DNA from: Fidelibacterota bacterium
GTDB taxonomy: Bacteria > Fidelibacterota > UBA2242
Direction of reading: 5' to 3'
Assembly: GCA_049975265.1 (NCBI GenBank)
Contig: JBNGDF010000009.1
Span: 74,395-99,244, forward strand
Length of the DNA: 24,850 nt
The position numbers were made by a program, and so were the translations under genes. The first letter of the stretch is position 1. The number at the start of each line of letters is the position of its first letter. Positions 7,308 to 17,085 of this stretch are shown here, piece by piece. The notes below the pieces were generated by a model. The model saw only the letters and a list, made by a program, of their open reading frames with translations, was not told where the DNA came from and made no database searches.

Positions 7308-9725
7308 ATGGGATATCCATTCACGGAAATTGAACAGAAATGGCAGCGGCATTGGGAAAAGGAAAAAACATTCAGGGCGGTGGATTTTTCTGAAAAGCCT
7401 AAATATTATGTCCTGGACATGTTCCCTTATCCGTCGGGCGCCGGTCTGCATGTAGGGCATCCCGAAGGTTATATTGCAACCGATATCATCGCCCGCTTTA
7501 AACGAAAAAAAGGCTTTAATGTACTGCATCCCATGGGCTGGGATGCATTTGGGCTGCCGGCGGAAAATTACGCTCTGCAGACCGGAACCCACCCGAAAAT
7601 TACTACGGAAAAAAATATTGAAACCTTTCGAAAACAGATCAAATCTTTCGGTTTTTCTTACGATTGGGATCGGGAGGTCAATACCACCGATCCTAAATAT
7701 TATCGCTGGACACAGTGGATTTTCCTGCAGCTGTATAAAAAAGGGCTTGTGTATCAGGCAGAAGTGCCGGTCAACTGGTGCCCTGCCTTGAAAACTGTTT
7801 TAGCCAACGAAGAGGTTATTGATGGTAAATCGGAGCGGGGGGGACATTCGGTAATTCGTAAACCTATGCGGCAGTGGATCCTGAAAATTACGGCTTATGC
7901 CGACCGGCTGCTTGACGATTTGGTGCTGGTGGATTTTCCGGAAAGTATCAAAGAGATGCAGCGGAATTGGATCGGACGCTCCGAAGGAGCCGATGTCTAT
8001 TTTAAAATAGCCGGTTTCGATAAGACCCTGACAGTATTCACGACACGACCGGATACTCTTTACGGTGCGACGTATATGGTGGTTGCACCGGAACACCCCA
8101 TCCTGGATGAACTGGTTTCAGTGCCCCATAAACATAAAGTTGCCGAATATCAGCAGCTGGTGAGTCAAAAAAGTGACCTTGATCGAACCGAACTGGTCAA
8201 GGAAAAGACCGGTGTCTTTACGGGATTGTATGCCATTAATCCGGTCAATAACAGGAAAATTCCCATCTGGACTTCTGAGTATGTTCTGATGACCTACGGA
8301 ACCGGGGCGATCATGGCGGTACCCGGTCACGATCAGCGGGACTGGGAATTTGCGAAAAAATTCGGTCTGGATATCATTGAGGTGATTACCGGCGGTGATA
8401 TCAGCAAAGCAGCCTGGACTGGTGATGGCATCCTCGTCAACTCCGGAATATTAAACGGACTGAATGTCGCGGCTGCCATTAAAAAAATGACAGCCTGGCT
8501 GACGGAGCATCATCTGGGGAAAGCGTCAGTGCAATATAAACTGCGGGATTGGGTCTTTTCGAGGCAACGCTATTGGGGCGAACCCTTTCCGCTGAAGTTT
8601 AACAGCAGGGGCGAAGTCATTTTGCTGAAAGAAGAAGAGCTGCCACTGGAGCTGCCGGAAGTCGAAAAATATGAACCCAGTGGCACAGGTGAATCACCGT
8701 TAGCCAATCTTAAGGACTGGGTTGAGTTCCGGGATGCGAAAACAGGAGAGACCTTCTCTTATGAAACAAATACCATGCCGCAGTGGGCTGGTTCCTGCTG
8801 GTACTATCTGCGCTATATTGATCCCCACAATGATGAAAAAGCCTGGGAACCGAAAAAGGAAAAATACTGGATGCCCGTCGATCTTTATATCGGTGGCGCC
8901 GAGCACGCCGTGCTGCACCTGTTGTATGCACGCTTCTGGCATAAGGTACTCTACGATATGGGTTTCGTGAGTACACCGGAACCCTTCATGAAACTCGTCA
9001 ACCAGGGAATGATCCTCGGTGAAGACGGTGAAAAAATGAGCAAATCCAGGGGAAATGTCATCAATCCAGATGATGTTATCGCCAGATATGGCGCCGATAC
9101 ATTCCGGATGTATGAGATGTTTATGGGTCCTTTAACCCGCACGAAACCCTGGAGCACCTCGAGTATCGAGGGAATTCATCGTTTCTTAAACCGTACCTGG
9201 AATCTTTTCTGCGATGATGCCGGATGTCTGAATGAGGATATTAAGGATATTAGACCTGATTCTGAAACGTTAGTATTATTAAATAAAACAATAAAAAAGG
9301 TCACAGAAGATACTGAAAATTTAAGATTTAATACCGCGATTTCGCAATTCATGATTTTTATTAATGAGATTGGCAAACTGGATATCAAGCCAAAATCGGT
9401 ATTGGAATCTTTTATTCAAATTTTGAATCCCTATGCGCCGCATATTACCGAAGAAATCTGGACATTGCTCGGTCATACCGATGAACTTGTGTATCTCGAT
9501 TATCCATCCTGGGACGATTCGTACATAAAAGAAGATAAGGTCAATATCGCCGTACAGGTGAATGGTAAAGTTCGCGGCACCTTCGAAATTGAAAACGACA
9601 GCACCGATGAAGAATGTATCGCGGCTGCGATGGAGGTTGATAATGTCAGCCGTTTTCTGGAAGGTCGGCAAATTGTCAAACAGTTTGTTGTTAAAAACAG
9701 AATCGTCAGTTTTGTTGTTAAATAG
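7308..9725 (+). CDS. leuS: Leucine--tRNA ligase
   Basis: [14 protein letters not shown] (HIGH), KMSKS, editing-domain TTRPDT and [16 protein letters not shown]-terminal VQVNGKVR. Confidence 0.99.
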   Translation: MGYPFTEIEQKWQRHWEKEKTFRAVDFSEKPKYYVLDMFPYPSGAGLHVGHPEGYIATDIIARFKRKKGFNVLHPMGWDAFGLPAENYALQTGTHPKITTEKNIETFRKQIKSFGFSYDWDREVNTTDPKYYRWTQWIFLQLYKKGLVYQAEVPVNWCPALKTVLANEEVIDGKSERGGHSVIRKPMRQWILKITAYADRLLDDLVLVDFPESIKEMQRNWIGRSEGADVYFKIAGFDKTLTVFTTRPDTLYGATYMVVAPEHPILDELVSVPHKHKVAEYQQLVSQKSDLDRTELVKEKTGVFTGLYAINPVNNRKIPIWTSEYVLMTYGTGAIMAVPGHDQRDWEFAKKFGLDIIEVITGGDISKAAWTGDGILVNSGILNGLNVAAAIKKMTAWLTEHHLGKASVQYKLRDWVFSRQRYWGEPFPLKFNSRGEVILLKEEELPLELPEVEKYEPSGTGESPLANLKDWVEFRDAKTGETFSYETNTMPQWAGSCWYYLRYIDPHNDEKAWEPKKEKYWMPVDLYIGGAEHAVLHLLYARFWHKVLYDMGFVSTPEPFMKLVNQGMILGEDGEKMSKSRGNVINPDDVIARYGADTFRMYEMFMGPLTRTKPWSTSSIEGIHRFLNRTWNLFCDDAGCLNEDIKDIRPDSETLVLLNKTIKKVTEDTENLRFNTAISQFMIFINEIGKLDIKPKSVLESFIQILNPYAPHITEEIWTLLGHTDELVYLDYPSWDDSYIKEDKVNIAVQVNGKVRGTFEIENDSTDEECIAAAMEVDNVSRFLEGRQIVKQFVVKNRIVSFVVK

Positions 9726-9791
9726 GGCAGTTAATACTGATAGGTAAATAGGTAAGAGTGATAGAATAAAAGATATAAAATTATTTCTAAT

Positions 9792-9819
9792 TGTTTACAT
9801 AATATATCTTATGCGTAAT
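9792..9819 (-). other. dif: dif-like XerC/XerD recombination site (chromosome dimer resolution)
   Basis: Minus strand ATTACGCATAA-GATATA-TTATGTAAACA; 20/28 identical to E. coli dif GGTGCGCATAA-TGTATA-TTATGTTAAAT with the 11-6-11 geometry; lies in an AT-rich spacer between convergent genes. Confidence 0.85.
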
Positions 9820-9884
9820 TACTTTCCGCCTCTTTTTTAAGCATTTTCCCTGGTTAATACTCTCTTTTACGGTTATACTTTTTA

Positions 9885-10829
9885 CTATAACCCATGTCTG
9901 CTTCTTATTATTTCAGTTACTTTACGCGCCAATTCAGGATAGATCTGAACCGCGCGCTCCTCTTCGATCGGTAAGAAACAGGCTACGATGTAGCAAATTT
10001 GTCCATCATCAACAATGCCCACATCATGCGTCCAGTAAGAAAACCAGCCTGTCTTGTGGTAATACATTATGTTTCTCAATAATCCTTGCGCAAATTTGCT
10101 CTTGTCCAACTGCCTTCCCAGCAAAACCTTCATCTGCATGCTTACCCATGGATTAATCAGCTGATTCGTCTGTATCCGGTATAAAAAATCGGCTGCGTGC
10201 AACGCACAGGTCTCGGTTCCGCGGATTTCTGCATAGCCCGGATCTTCATATTTGCGACTTAAAAATTTGCGGGTAACTTCACTACCGTACCAGCCATAGG
10301 ATTGCAACATAGTATTAATTCTTGGGCGTTTCGCAATGTCTATCAGGCAGTTAGCGGCGGAATTATCACTGCGGGTAATCATCAGGTCCAGCAAATAATT
10401 GACGGTAACTGTGTCGCCATGCTGCAGCAACGGACGGGGATCATGGGAAATCTCCTTCGTCTTATCCACAATATTCGGAAATGTGACTACAATCGTTGAG
10501 TCCAGAGCGATTTCACCTAGTGAAATCTGATGCAATATTTCCGCCGCAACATACATTTTATAGACGGAAGCCGGATAAATGAAATTATCTGCATGCACAC
10601 CGGCGAATTGCGGCGGACCGGACGTCAGATCTACAACTGCCAGCGAAATCTGCTCGATTCCGTCCGCTCCAACGTCAAAATTTCCGTCAAGCTCAAGGCT
10701 ATGTACGATATTCAGCAGCTCTCTATTGAGCTGTTTATTCGGGTGAAAATACGGAGGCGGAACCGGCGATTGAGCAAACACAGAAAAAAACGAAATCACC
10801 AATGAAAACAGCAGACAATCCTGTTTCAT
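9885..10829 (-). CDS. Secreted serine hydrolase, class A beta-lactamase/PBP-like fold
   Basis: Signal peptide ending VFA/Q; PASVYK (SxxK), SDN and HKTG motifs. Confidence 0.88.
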   Translation of the reverse strand: MKQDCLLFSLVISFFSVFAQSPVPPPYFHPNKQLNRELLNIVHSLELDGNFDVGADGIEQISLAVVDLTSGPPQFAGVHADNFIYPASVYKMYVAAEILHQISLGEIALDSTIVVTFPNIVDKTKEISHDPRPLLQHGDTVTVNYLLDLMITRSDNSAANCLIDIAKRPRINTMLQSYGWYGSEVTRKFLSRKYEDPGYAEIRGTETCALHAADFLYRIQTNQLINPWVSMQMKVLLGRQLDKSKFAQGLLRNIMYYHKTGWFSYWTHDVGIVDDGQICYIVACFLPIEEERAVQIYPELARKVTEIIRSRHGL

Positions 10830-10838
10830 ACGGCTTCC

Positions 10839-11747
10839 TCACTGTTTAAAAATAATGCTGTCAACATCATAAAAATCAGGGATATATCGGTAGTTGTGCA
10901 ATGCCGTGATAGTATCATTGGAAATTTCTTTGATCAGACTCGAAATGGACCTCATCCGGGTCGGTTCAACAGCCGTTTTACTGATTATCTGAATCGATTT
11001 TGGATGTTGGGTCTTTTCTTCCGATACCGGAATCAGTGATTTGAGATATTCCAGAAGATCAAGATTGGGATTGATGATATCTGTCTTGACAGACAGGTGG
11101 TTGAATGCATTTCGAAATAGATGCTCAACGTATGGAAAATGGGTACATGCCAAAATCAGGGCAGCGGCTGAGTAGTCAGCACGCTGCAATTCATCGGTCA
11201 TCTGACGGATACATTTATATACGAGATATTTGGTGAATTCGCTGGTGCTATCGTCCTCGATCGCTGTAATTAATTCGGTATTTGCAATTGGTAAAACGGT
11301 TTTAAAAAACGCCGGATAATTCCTGAAAAATTCAACGTGGATTCCGGAAGAAATGGTGGTCTCGGAGCCGGTAATCGCCAGCAGAATATCGGATTTTGCC
11401 TGGTAGCGCTCCAGAACCGTTATGGTGCCAAATTTGAGAATATCAATAGTTTTTGAAACGATACTTTTGTAAATATCTGTTTTATCGAATAATACACTTA
11501 GAGTATTGCATGTGATGACAATGAAATCGGGCTGCAATCTGTTTTCAATGTTTTGGAGAAGACTTCCGAAAGTATTAACCTTATCCTGAATCTTTGGGAT
11601 AGAATTATATCCATAGTACTCGTGAGGCAGTCCGTTGACGTATATAATTTCAACCGGTTCGGCTGGAAATATATTGTCAAGATATTCATATAGTTTCGCA
11701 GCGATCCCTAAACCGCCAAATCCGGAATCAGTCAGTGCAATTTTCAT
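10839..11747 (-). CDS. Asp/Glu racemase family protein (divergent MurI-like)
   Basis: DSGFGG, TCNT and ACTH two-cysteine racemase motifs; lacks the usual D..PYG loop. Confidence 0.85.
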   Translation of the reverse strand: MKIALTDSGFGGLGIAAKLYEYLDNIFPAEPVEIIYVNGLPHEYYGYNSIPKIQDKVNTFGSLLQNIENRLQPDFIVITCNTLSVLFDKTDIYKSIVSKTIDILKFGTITVLERYQAKSDILLAITGSETTISSGIHVEFFRNYPAFFKTVLPIANTELITAIEDDSTSEFTKYLVYKCIRQMTDELQRADYSAAALILACTHFPYVEHLFRNAFNHLSVKTDIINPNLDLLEYLKSLIPVSEEKTQHPKSIQIISKTAVEPTRMRSISSLIKEISNDTITALHNYRYIPDFYDVDSIIFKQ

Positions 11748-11748
11748 T

Positions 11749-12897
11749 TTAAATTGAATTTAATGCGTATTTAACGTAACCAATCAGAAAATCCAGCGCC
11801 GGCTCAAGCAGTTCATCAGACAGTTGGAAATCTTTGCTGTGCGAGCTGCCGCTCCCTTCCGCACCGATTTGAAAATACAACGAGGGAACAACCCGTGAAT
11901 AGTAGGCGAAATCGTCGGCACCCATGGAGGGTTCTTCCATTTTTACGATGCGGTCGCTGTAACCCTTTTTCCCGGCGAAATCCAACAGCCGGGCAACCAT
12001 TGAGGCATCGTTTACTATTGCCGGTGTACTGTTTGGAATGTCCACCTGGATAGACAGTTTGTAAAGGACAGCAAAATTCCGGCTGAATTCTCTAATTCCT
12101 GCCAGTAAGACCTCCAGAACACGGTTGTCAAAGTTCCGCAGAGTTCCGCTTAATTCCATATCCGAAGGAATGATGTTGTGCTGGTTGCCGCCATGGATAC
12201 TGCCGAAAACCAGCGTGAAATTCTGACGACTGTCGATTTGGGATTTGAGATATCCGTGTAACTCGCTGATATACAGAGCAGTAATGCGGATTAGGTCAAC
12301 GGTTTCATGCGGTCTTGAAGTGTGTCCGCCGGGTCCGCTGAGGTGGATTTTCAGCAGCGTGGATGAAGCGCAGGCAGTTCCCGCTTTGATGGCAATTTGC
12401 CCCGGTTGAAAGCGGAGGTCCACATGCACGGCGAAAAGCCCAATCATATCATCGAAAATAGGCTCCTTGTGGATGGTTGAGGCGCCGTCGGGAACCGTCT
12501 CCTCTGCCGGTTGAAACAGAATGCGCAGTTTTCCGTGTATCTCATCGGGATTCATACAGAAGTACTGCGCCAATCCCAGACCAAGAGCGGTATGAAAATC
12601 ATGGCCACAGGCATGCATAACCCCTTTGTTTATCGACCTGATTTGATGGTGACTGTTTTCCTCGATCGGCAGCGCGTCAATATCCGCCCGAAATCCCAGT
12701 ACCGGTCCCTCCTGCTGACCGACATCCACGTAGCCACCGGTGCCGACGGACCGAAATGGTTTCAGTTCAAGCTGAATTTCCTGCAATCTTTCACTGAGAT
12801 AGCGGGTCGTGGCAAACTCTTTATATGAAAGTTCAGGATGCTCATGCAGCCAGTGGCGCATCTGAATGATATTATCGATTATTTGTGGTATCTGCAT
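11749..12897 (-). CDS. M20D-family amidohydrolase
   Basis: RADIDALP, MHACGHDFH, FQPAEE, GGHTSRPH and GADDF motifs. Confidence 0.93.
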   Translation of the reverse strand: MQIPQIIDNIIQMRHWLHEHPELSYKEFATTRYLSERLQEIQLELKPFRSVGTGGYVDVGQQEGPVLGFRADIDALPIEENSHHQIRSINKGVMHACGHDFHTALGLGLAQYFCMNPDEIHGKLRILFQPAEETVPDGASTIHKEPIFDDMIGLFAVHVDLRFQPGQIAIKAGTACASSTLLKIHLSGPGGHTSRPHETVDLIRITALYISELHGYLKSQIDSRQNFTLVFGSIHGGNQHNIIPSDMELSGTLRNFDNRVLEVLLAGIREFSRNFAVLYKLSIQVDIPNSTPAIVNDASMVARLLDFAGKKGYSDRIVKMEEPSMGADDFAYYSRVVPSLYFQIGAEGSGSSHSKDFQLSDELLEPALDFLIGYVKYALNSI

Positions 12898-12905
12898 GGC
12901 TGATT

Positions 12906-15146
12906 TCAGAGTGTAATTTTCATCATGTCCGGGATTGCACTTCGATAGGCATCAATCAGATCGTCGAGAGAAATCCTGATGGAATCGTTCATTTTGAGAC
13001 GATTGTTGTCTTTCACACGTCCGATAGTAAAACAGGGCACGATATTTTTTGCGGCGATTCGCTCGATATCCAGCAGCGAATTTTCAGAAATAGAGAGAAT
13101 AATAACCGATTGGGTTTCTCCGAAGAAAAGTTCATCGTCACGCAGTTTCCGCGAAATGTAGATCGACGCACCCATCGGTTTGTCGGGATTGCCGATACAG
13201 GATTCGGCAATCGTCACCGCCAGACCGCCATCGGATATATCGGTGGCAGAGTTGACGATTCCACTGCGGATAGCTTCCAGACAGGCGCGGTGAACCCGTT
13301 TTTCGAAGGTCAGATCGATAGTCGGTGCATCTCCGGCTACTTTGTTGTGGATGACTTTCAGATATTCACTGCCTCCCAGTTCACCTTTCAGGGTTCCCAG
13401 CATGACGATGAAGTCCCCGTCATTTTTAAAATAGGATGTGGTGATGTGTTCGAGATTATCGATCAGTCCGACCATTCCAATCACCGGTGTGGGATAGATG
13501 GCGCCGTCGGGCGACTCATTATAAAAGCTGACATTGCCCCCGGTAACAGGAGTATTGAGAACACGGCAGGCGTCGCCCATGCCGGTGACCGCCTGTTTGA
13601 ACTGATAGTAAATTTCCGGATCGTAGGGATTTCCAAAATTCAGGCAGTTGGTGATGGCGATGGGTTTGGCGCCGGTACAGACTACATTGCGGGCGGATTC
13701 TGCGACAGCAATTGCACCGCCTCGGTAGGGATTCAGATAGGTATAGCGACCGTTTCCGTCGGTTTTGGTGGCAATCGCTTTTTTGGTTTTTTTAATTCTC
13801 AAAACTGCTGCCGATGCACCGGGGGTAAGGATTGTATTGGTTCGAACCGTATGATCGTACTGCCGGTAAATCCAGGATTTATCGGCGATGGAATGGGACG
13901 CCATCAGTTTTAACAGGGCGGTGTTATAATCCCGCGGTTCCGGAATTTCCTTCAAATCCACATCATGCAGGGTTTGCAGATAATCGGGCTCTTTGGTCTG
14001 ACGCTGATAGACTGGTGCTCCGCCGCCCAGTACGAGATGCCAGGCGGGCACAGATCCTGCCTTTTTTCGATTCATGTAAAGGTCCAGGTTACCGGTGTCT
14101 GTGACTGTACCGATTTCCACACAATTCAGGTCCCATTTTTCGAAAATCTCTTTTACCTCTTTTTCAAAGCCGCGCCGGATAACCACAAGCATTCGTTCCT
14201 GGGATTCCGAGAGCATAATTTCGTATGGGGTCATATCGGATTCCCGCATCGGCACCTGTTCCAGGTTTAGATGCATTCCGCTTTTCCCTTTGGCGGACAT
14301 TTCGGAAGTGGAGCAGGCGATGCCGGCGGCACCCATATCCTGAATACCGATGAGGTAGTTTTTCCGCGCCAGTTCCAGGGTTGCTTCGAGCAGTAATTTT
14401 TCAGTAAAGGGATCACCCACCTGTACCGAAGACCGCTTTTCCTCGGATTCGTCACTGAGCTCCACGGAGGCAAAAGTTGCCCCGTGAATTCCGTCCCGTC
14501 CCGTGGAGGATCCCACAATCATTACGGTATTGCCGTTTCCCCTAGCTATGGCACTGACGACCCGCTCGTGCTTGACAAGTCCGATGGTCATGGCATTGAC
14601 CAGCGGATTTCCGGTATAGCATTCATCAAAATAGACCTCGCCACCAACGGTGGGAACGCCCATGCAATTACCATAATGGGCAATCCCCTTTACGACTTCA
14701 TCGAAAAGGTAGCGGTTTCGGGGAATGGTTAGCGGTCCAAAACGAAGTGAGTTCAGCGAGGCAATCGGTCGGGCACCCATGGTGAATATATCACGCAGAA
14801 TGCCACCGACGCCGGTTGCCGCTCCCTGAAAGGGTTCGATGGCAGAGGGATGGTTGTGGCTTTCAATCTTAAATGCCAGTGCCAGCCCGTCACCAATATC
14901 CACTAACCCCGCATTCTCTTCGCCGGCGCCGACCAGCAGACGCCTGCCTGTGCGTGGCAGAGTTTTGAGTAGGGCGATGGAGTTTTTATAGCTGCAATGC
15001 TCACTCCACATTACTGAAAATATTCCCAGTTCAGTATAATTGGGTGTCCGACCGAGAATCTCCAGAATCCTGTTCCACTCCTCTTCATTCAAACCGTGTT
15101 CCAGCGCTAATTTCAGCGTCACCTTCGGTTCCCGCAATTTATCCAT
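12906..15146 (-). CDS. purL: Phosphoribosylformylglycinamidine synthase subunit PurL (small type)
   Basis: [42 protein letters not shown] and DISDGGL motifs; GAGGAG RBS; start ATG 15146 or TTG 15149. Confidence 0.98.
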   Translation of the reverse strand: MDKLREPKVTLKLALEHGLNEEEWNRILEILGRTPNYTELGIFSVMWSEHCSYKNSIALLKTLPRTGRRLLVGAGEENAGLVDIGDGLALAFKIESHNHPSAIEPFQGAATGVGGILRDIFTMGARPIASLNSLRFGPLTIPRNRYLFDEVVKGIAHYGNCMGVPTVGGEVYFDECYTGNPLVNAMTIGLVKHERVVSAIARGNGNTVMIVGSSTGRDGIHGATFASVELSDESEEKRSSVQVGDPFTEKLLLEATLELARKNYLIGIQDMGAAGIACSTSEMSAKGKSGMHLNLEQVPMRESDMTPYEIMLSESQERMLVVIRRGFEKEVKEIFEKWDLNCVEIGTVTDTGNLDLYMNRKKAGSVPAWHLVLGGGAPVYQRQTKEPDYLQTLHDVDLKEIPEPRDYNTALLKLMASHSIADKSWIYRQYDHTVRTNTILTPGASAAVLRIKKTKKAIATKTDGNGRYTYLNPYRGGAIAVAESARNVVCTGAKPIAITNCLNFGNPYDPEIYYQFKQAVTGMGDACRVLNTPVTGGNVSFYNESPDGAIYPTPVIGMVGLIDNLEHITTSYFKNDGDFIVMLGTLKGELGGSEYLKVIHNKVAGDAPTIDLTFEKRVHRACLEAIRSGIVNSATDISDGGLAVTIAESCIGNPDKPMGASIYISRKLRDDELFFGETQSVIILSISENSLLDIERIAAKNIVPCFTIGRVKDNNRLKMNDSIRISLDDLIDAYRSAIPDMMKITL

Positions 15147-15246
15147 CAAAACTCCTCGAAATTGTTATTCCGGCAGATGCTCGATTTTCGACGGCTAATT
15201 TCCGAATCTTTTGGCATAAATACAGCAATTAAATGAAATTTTTATA

Positions 15247-17085
15247 CTAGCCGTGATGCATGAAATCCCAGATGGACTGTGCCAGTTTGGGACCTATGCC
15301 ATTCACCTGACACAACTGCTCCACTGAAGCCGACCGGACTTTTTTGACCGACGTAAAATATTCCAGCAGATTTTTTTGCTTTTGCGGTCCCAAGCCGGGT
15401 ATTTCGTTCAGAATCGAGCGGATTTCGCCTTTCTGGCGCAGACGACGATGATAGCGGATTGCGAAACGATGTGCCTCGTCGCGTATCCGCTGAAGGAGAA
15501 TCAGAGAAACGCTATCCCGCGCCAGGATAACGGGCTCCGGTTGATCCGGTCGAAATACCTCCTCCAGTCGTTTTGCCAGACCGATAACCGGGATATGGGC
15601 AAGTCCGAGATGCTCCAGTTCCCGTTTTGCGCCAGCCAGCTGCCCCTTACCTCCATCGATTACCACCAAATCAGGCAGTGGTTTGTGCTCTTTCAAAACA
15701 CGGATATAGCGTCGCTGTACCACTTCCCGCAGCATCGCCACATCGTCGATCCCTTGCACTGTTTTAATCCGATAGCGCCGGTATTCGCTTTTCAGCAGAG
15801 TGGCATTCCGGAAAGTCACCATTGAAGCGACGGCATATTTGCCCTGAATATTGGAGATATCGAAGGCTTCGATCAATCTGGGAAGTTTCTCCATCTGAAG
15901 ATCTTCCTGCAGGCGCTTCAGCGACTTGGGGACATATTCCGCGGTGTTTGATTTTTTCAGGAGCTGTTCCGCCAGCTGTGCCCGGGCATTTTTTTCCGCC
16001 AATTGCATCAGACGCAATTTTTCTTCCCTGACCGGGCGAGTGATCCGAACGACCCGACCGCGCATATCGGTAAGCCACTGCTCCAGCACGCTCTGGTCGT
16101 GTGGGTAGACGTTGAGATTGATTTCCAACGGGATGAGTTGCGAGCGGTCATAATAACGCTGGATAAATGTCTGCATGATTTCCGCCGGATCGGTTTTCGC
16201 CACCCGCTCGAAGAAAAAGGTATCCCGGCTGAGCAGTTTCCCCTGACGAAGGCGTAGAACAATCACGACGGCGGTGTCATCTTCCGCAACGAAGTTGATA
16301 AAATCCCGGTCTTTGAAATCTCTCAACTCAACCGCCTGGCGATAAAAATATCGCTTCAGCAATTTGATATTATCCCGGTAGCGGGCTGCGATTTCAAAAC
16401 GCAACTGATTTGCCGCGGCTTCCATTTTCTGGTGCAAATATTCAACAACTTCCGTGCTATTCCCCTTCAGAAAAGCGCCTACCTGAGCGATCATCCGGTT
16501 GTAGTCCGCTTCCGATATCAGTTGCTGGCAGGGACCTTCGCAGTTGTGGATATGATACTGCAGACAGAGTTTTACTTTTTTCGCTGCAACCGTCGCTGCG
16601 TCCAGACGGTAGTGGCAGTTTCGGACTGTAAATACCTTTTTGATGATGCGGAGTGTCTCCCGGATGGCACGGGCGTCGGTATAGGGACCAAAGTATTGTG
16701 AACCGTCGTCAGCCAACTTGCGGGTAAGAAACACCCGTGGAAAAGCTTCATTGGTGATGCGCACATAGGGAAAGGTTTTATCGTCTTTGAGAAAGATATT
16801 GTAGTGCGGTCGGTGCTCCTTTATCAGGGTGTTTTCGAGAATCAATGCCTCGATTTCGGAATGAGTGATGATAAATTCGACATCCCGGATATGTTTCAGC
16901 ATGCTTTGGGTCTTAGCATCTCTTGAGCGGTCTTCAGTACCAAAATAGGTTCTGACGCGGTTACGCAGCTGCTTGGCTTTGCCGACGTAGATAATTGTGT
17001 CCTGCGTATCTTTGAACAGATAGCAGCCGGGATCAACCGGTGCGTTCTTGACTTTTTGCAGCAGCTCTTTGGGAAATTGTGACAT
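15247..17085 (-). CDS. uvrC: Excinuclease ABC subunit C
   Basis: GIY-YIG-like N-terminus (YVGKAKQLRNRV), FDISNIQG, IDGGKGQL, RDEAHRFAI, C-terminal HhH motifs. Confidence 0.98.
   Translation of the reverse strand: MSQFPKELLQKVKNAPVDPGCYLFKDTQDTIIYVGKAKQLRNRVRTYFGTEDRSRDAKTQSMLKHIRDVEFIITHSEIEALILENTLIKEHRPHYNIFLKDDKTFPYVRITNEAFPRVFLTRKLADDGSQYFGPYTDARAIRETLRIIKKVFTVRNCHYRLDAATVAAKKVKLCLQYHIHNCEGPCQQLISEADYNRMIAQVGAFLKGNSTEVVEYLHQKMEAAANQLRFEIAARYRDNIKLLKRYFYRQAVELRDFKDRDFINFVAEDDTAVVIVLRLRQGKLLSRDTFFFERVAKTDPAEIMQTFIQRYYDRSQLIPLEINLNVYPHDQSVLEQWLTDMRGRVVRITRPVREEKLRLMQLAEKNARAQLAEQLLKKSNTAEYVPKSLKRLQEDLQMEKLPRLIEAFDISNIQGKYAVASMVTFRNATLLKSEYRRYRIKTVQGIDDVAMLREVVQRRYIRVLKEHKPLPDLVVIDGGKGQLAGAKRELEHLGLAHIPVIGLAKRLEEVFRPDQPEPVILARDSVSLILLQRIRDEAHRFAIRYHRRLRQKGEIRSILNEIPGLGPQKQKNLLEYFTSVKKVRSASVEQLCQVNGIGPKLAQSIWDFMHHG

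Noticed and set aside
7281..7309. Perfect TTGACA as the leuS -35 box
   Set aside because: No acceptable -10 at 16-18 nt; that position overlaps the start codon.
9740..9755. ATAGGTAA tandem duplication next to dif
   Set aside because: Two copies of an 8-mer in AT-rich DNA; could be chance, and no function can be supported.
9885..10829. Calling this an antibiotic-resistance class A beta-lactamase
   Set aside because: The omega-loop ExxLN general-base motif is not evident; only fold-level motifs are shared.
12885..13913. 342-aa antisense ORF opposite purL, and similar shadow ORFs at 19734-20441, 20985-21692 and elsewhere
   Set aside because: Lie almost entirely antisense to confident genes, with no recognisable motifs; typical shadow frames.
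12906..15146. purL without adjacent purQ/purS as an anomaly
   Set aside because: Dispersed pur genes are common; the partners are probably elsewhere in the genome.
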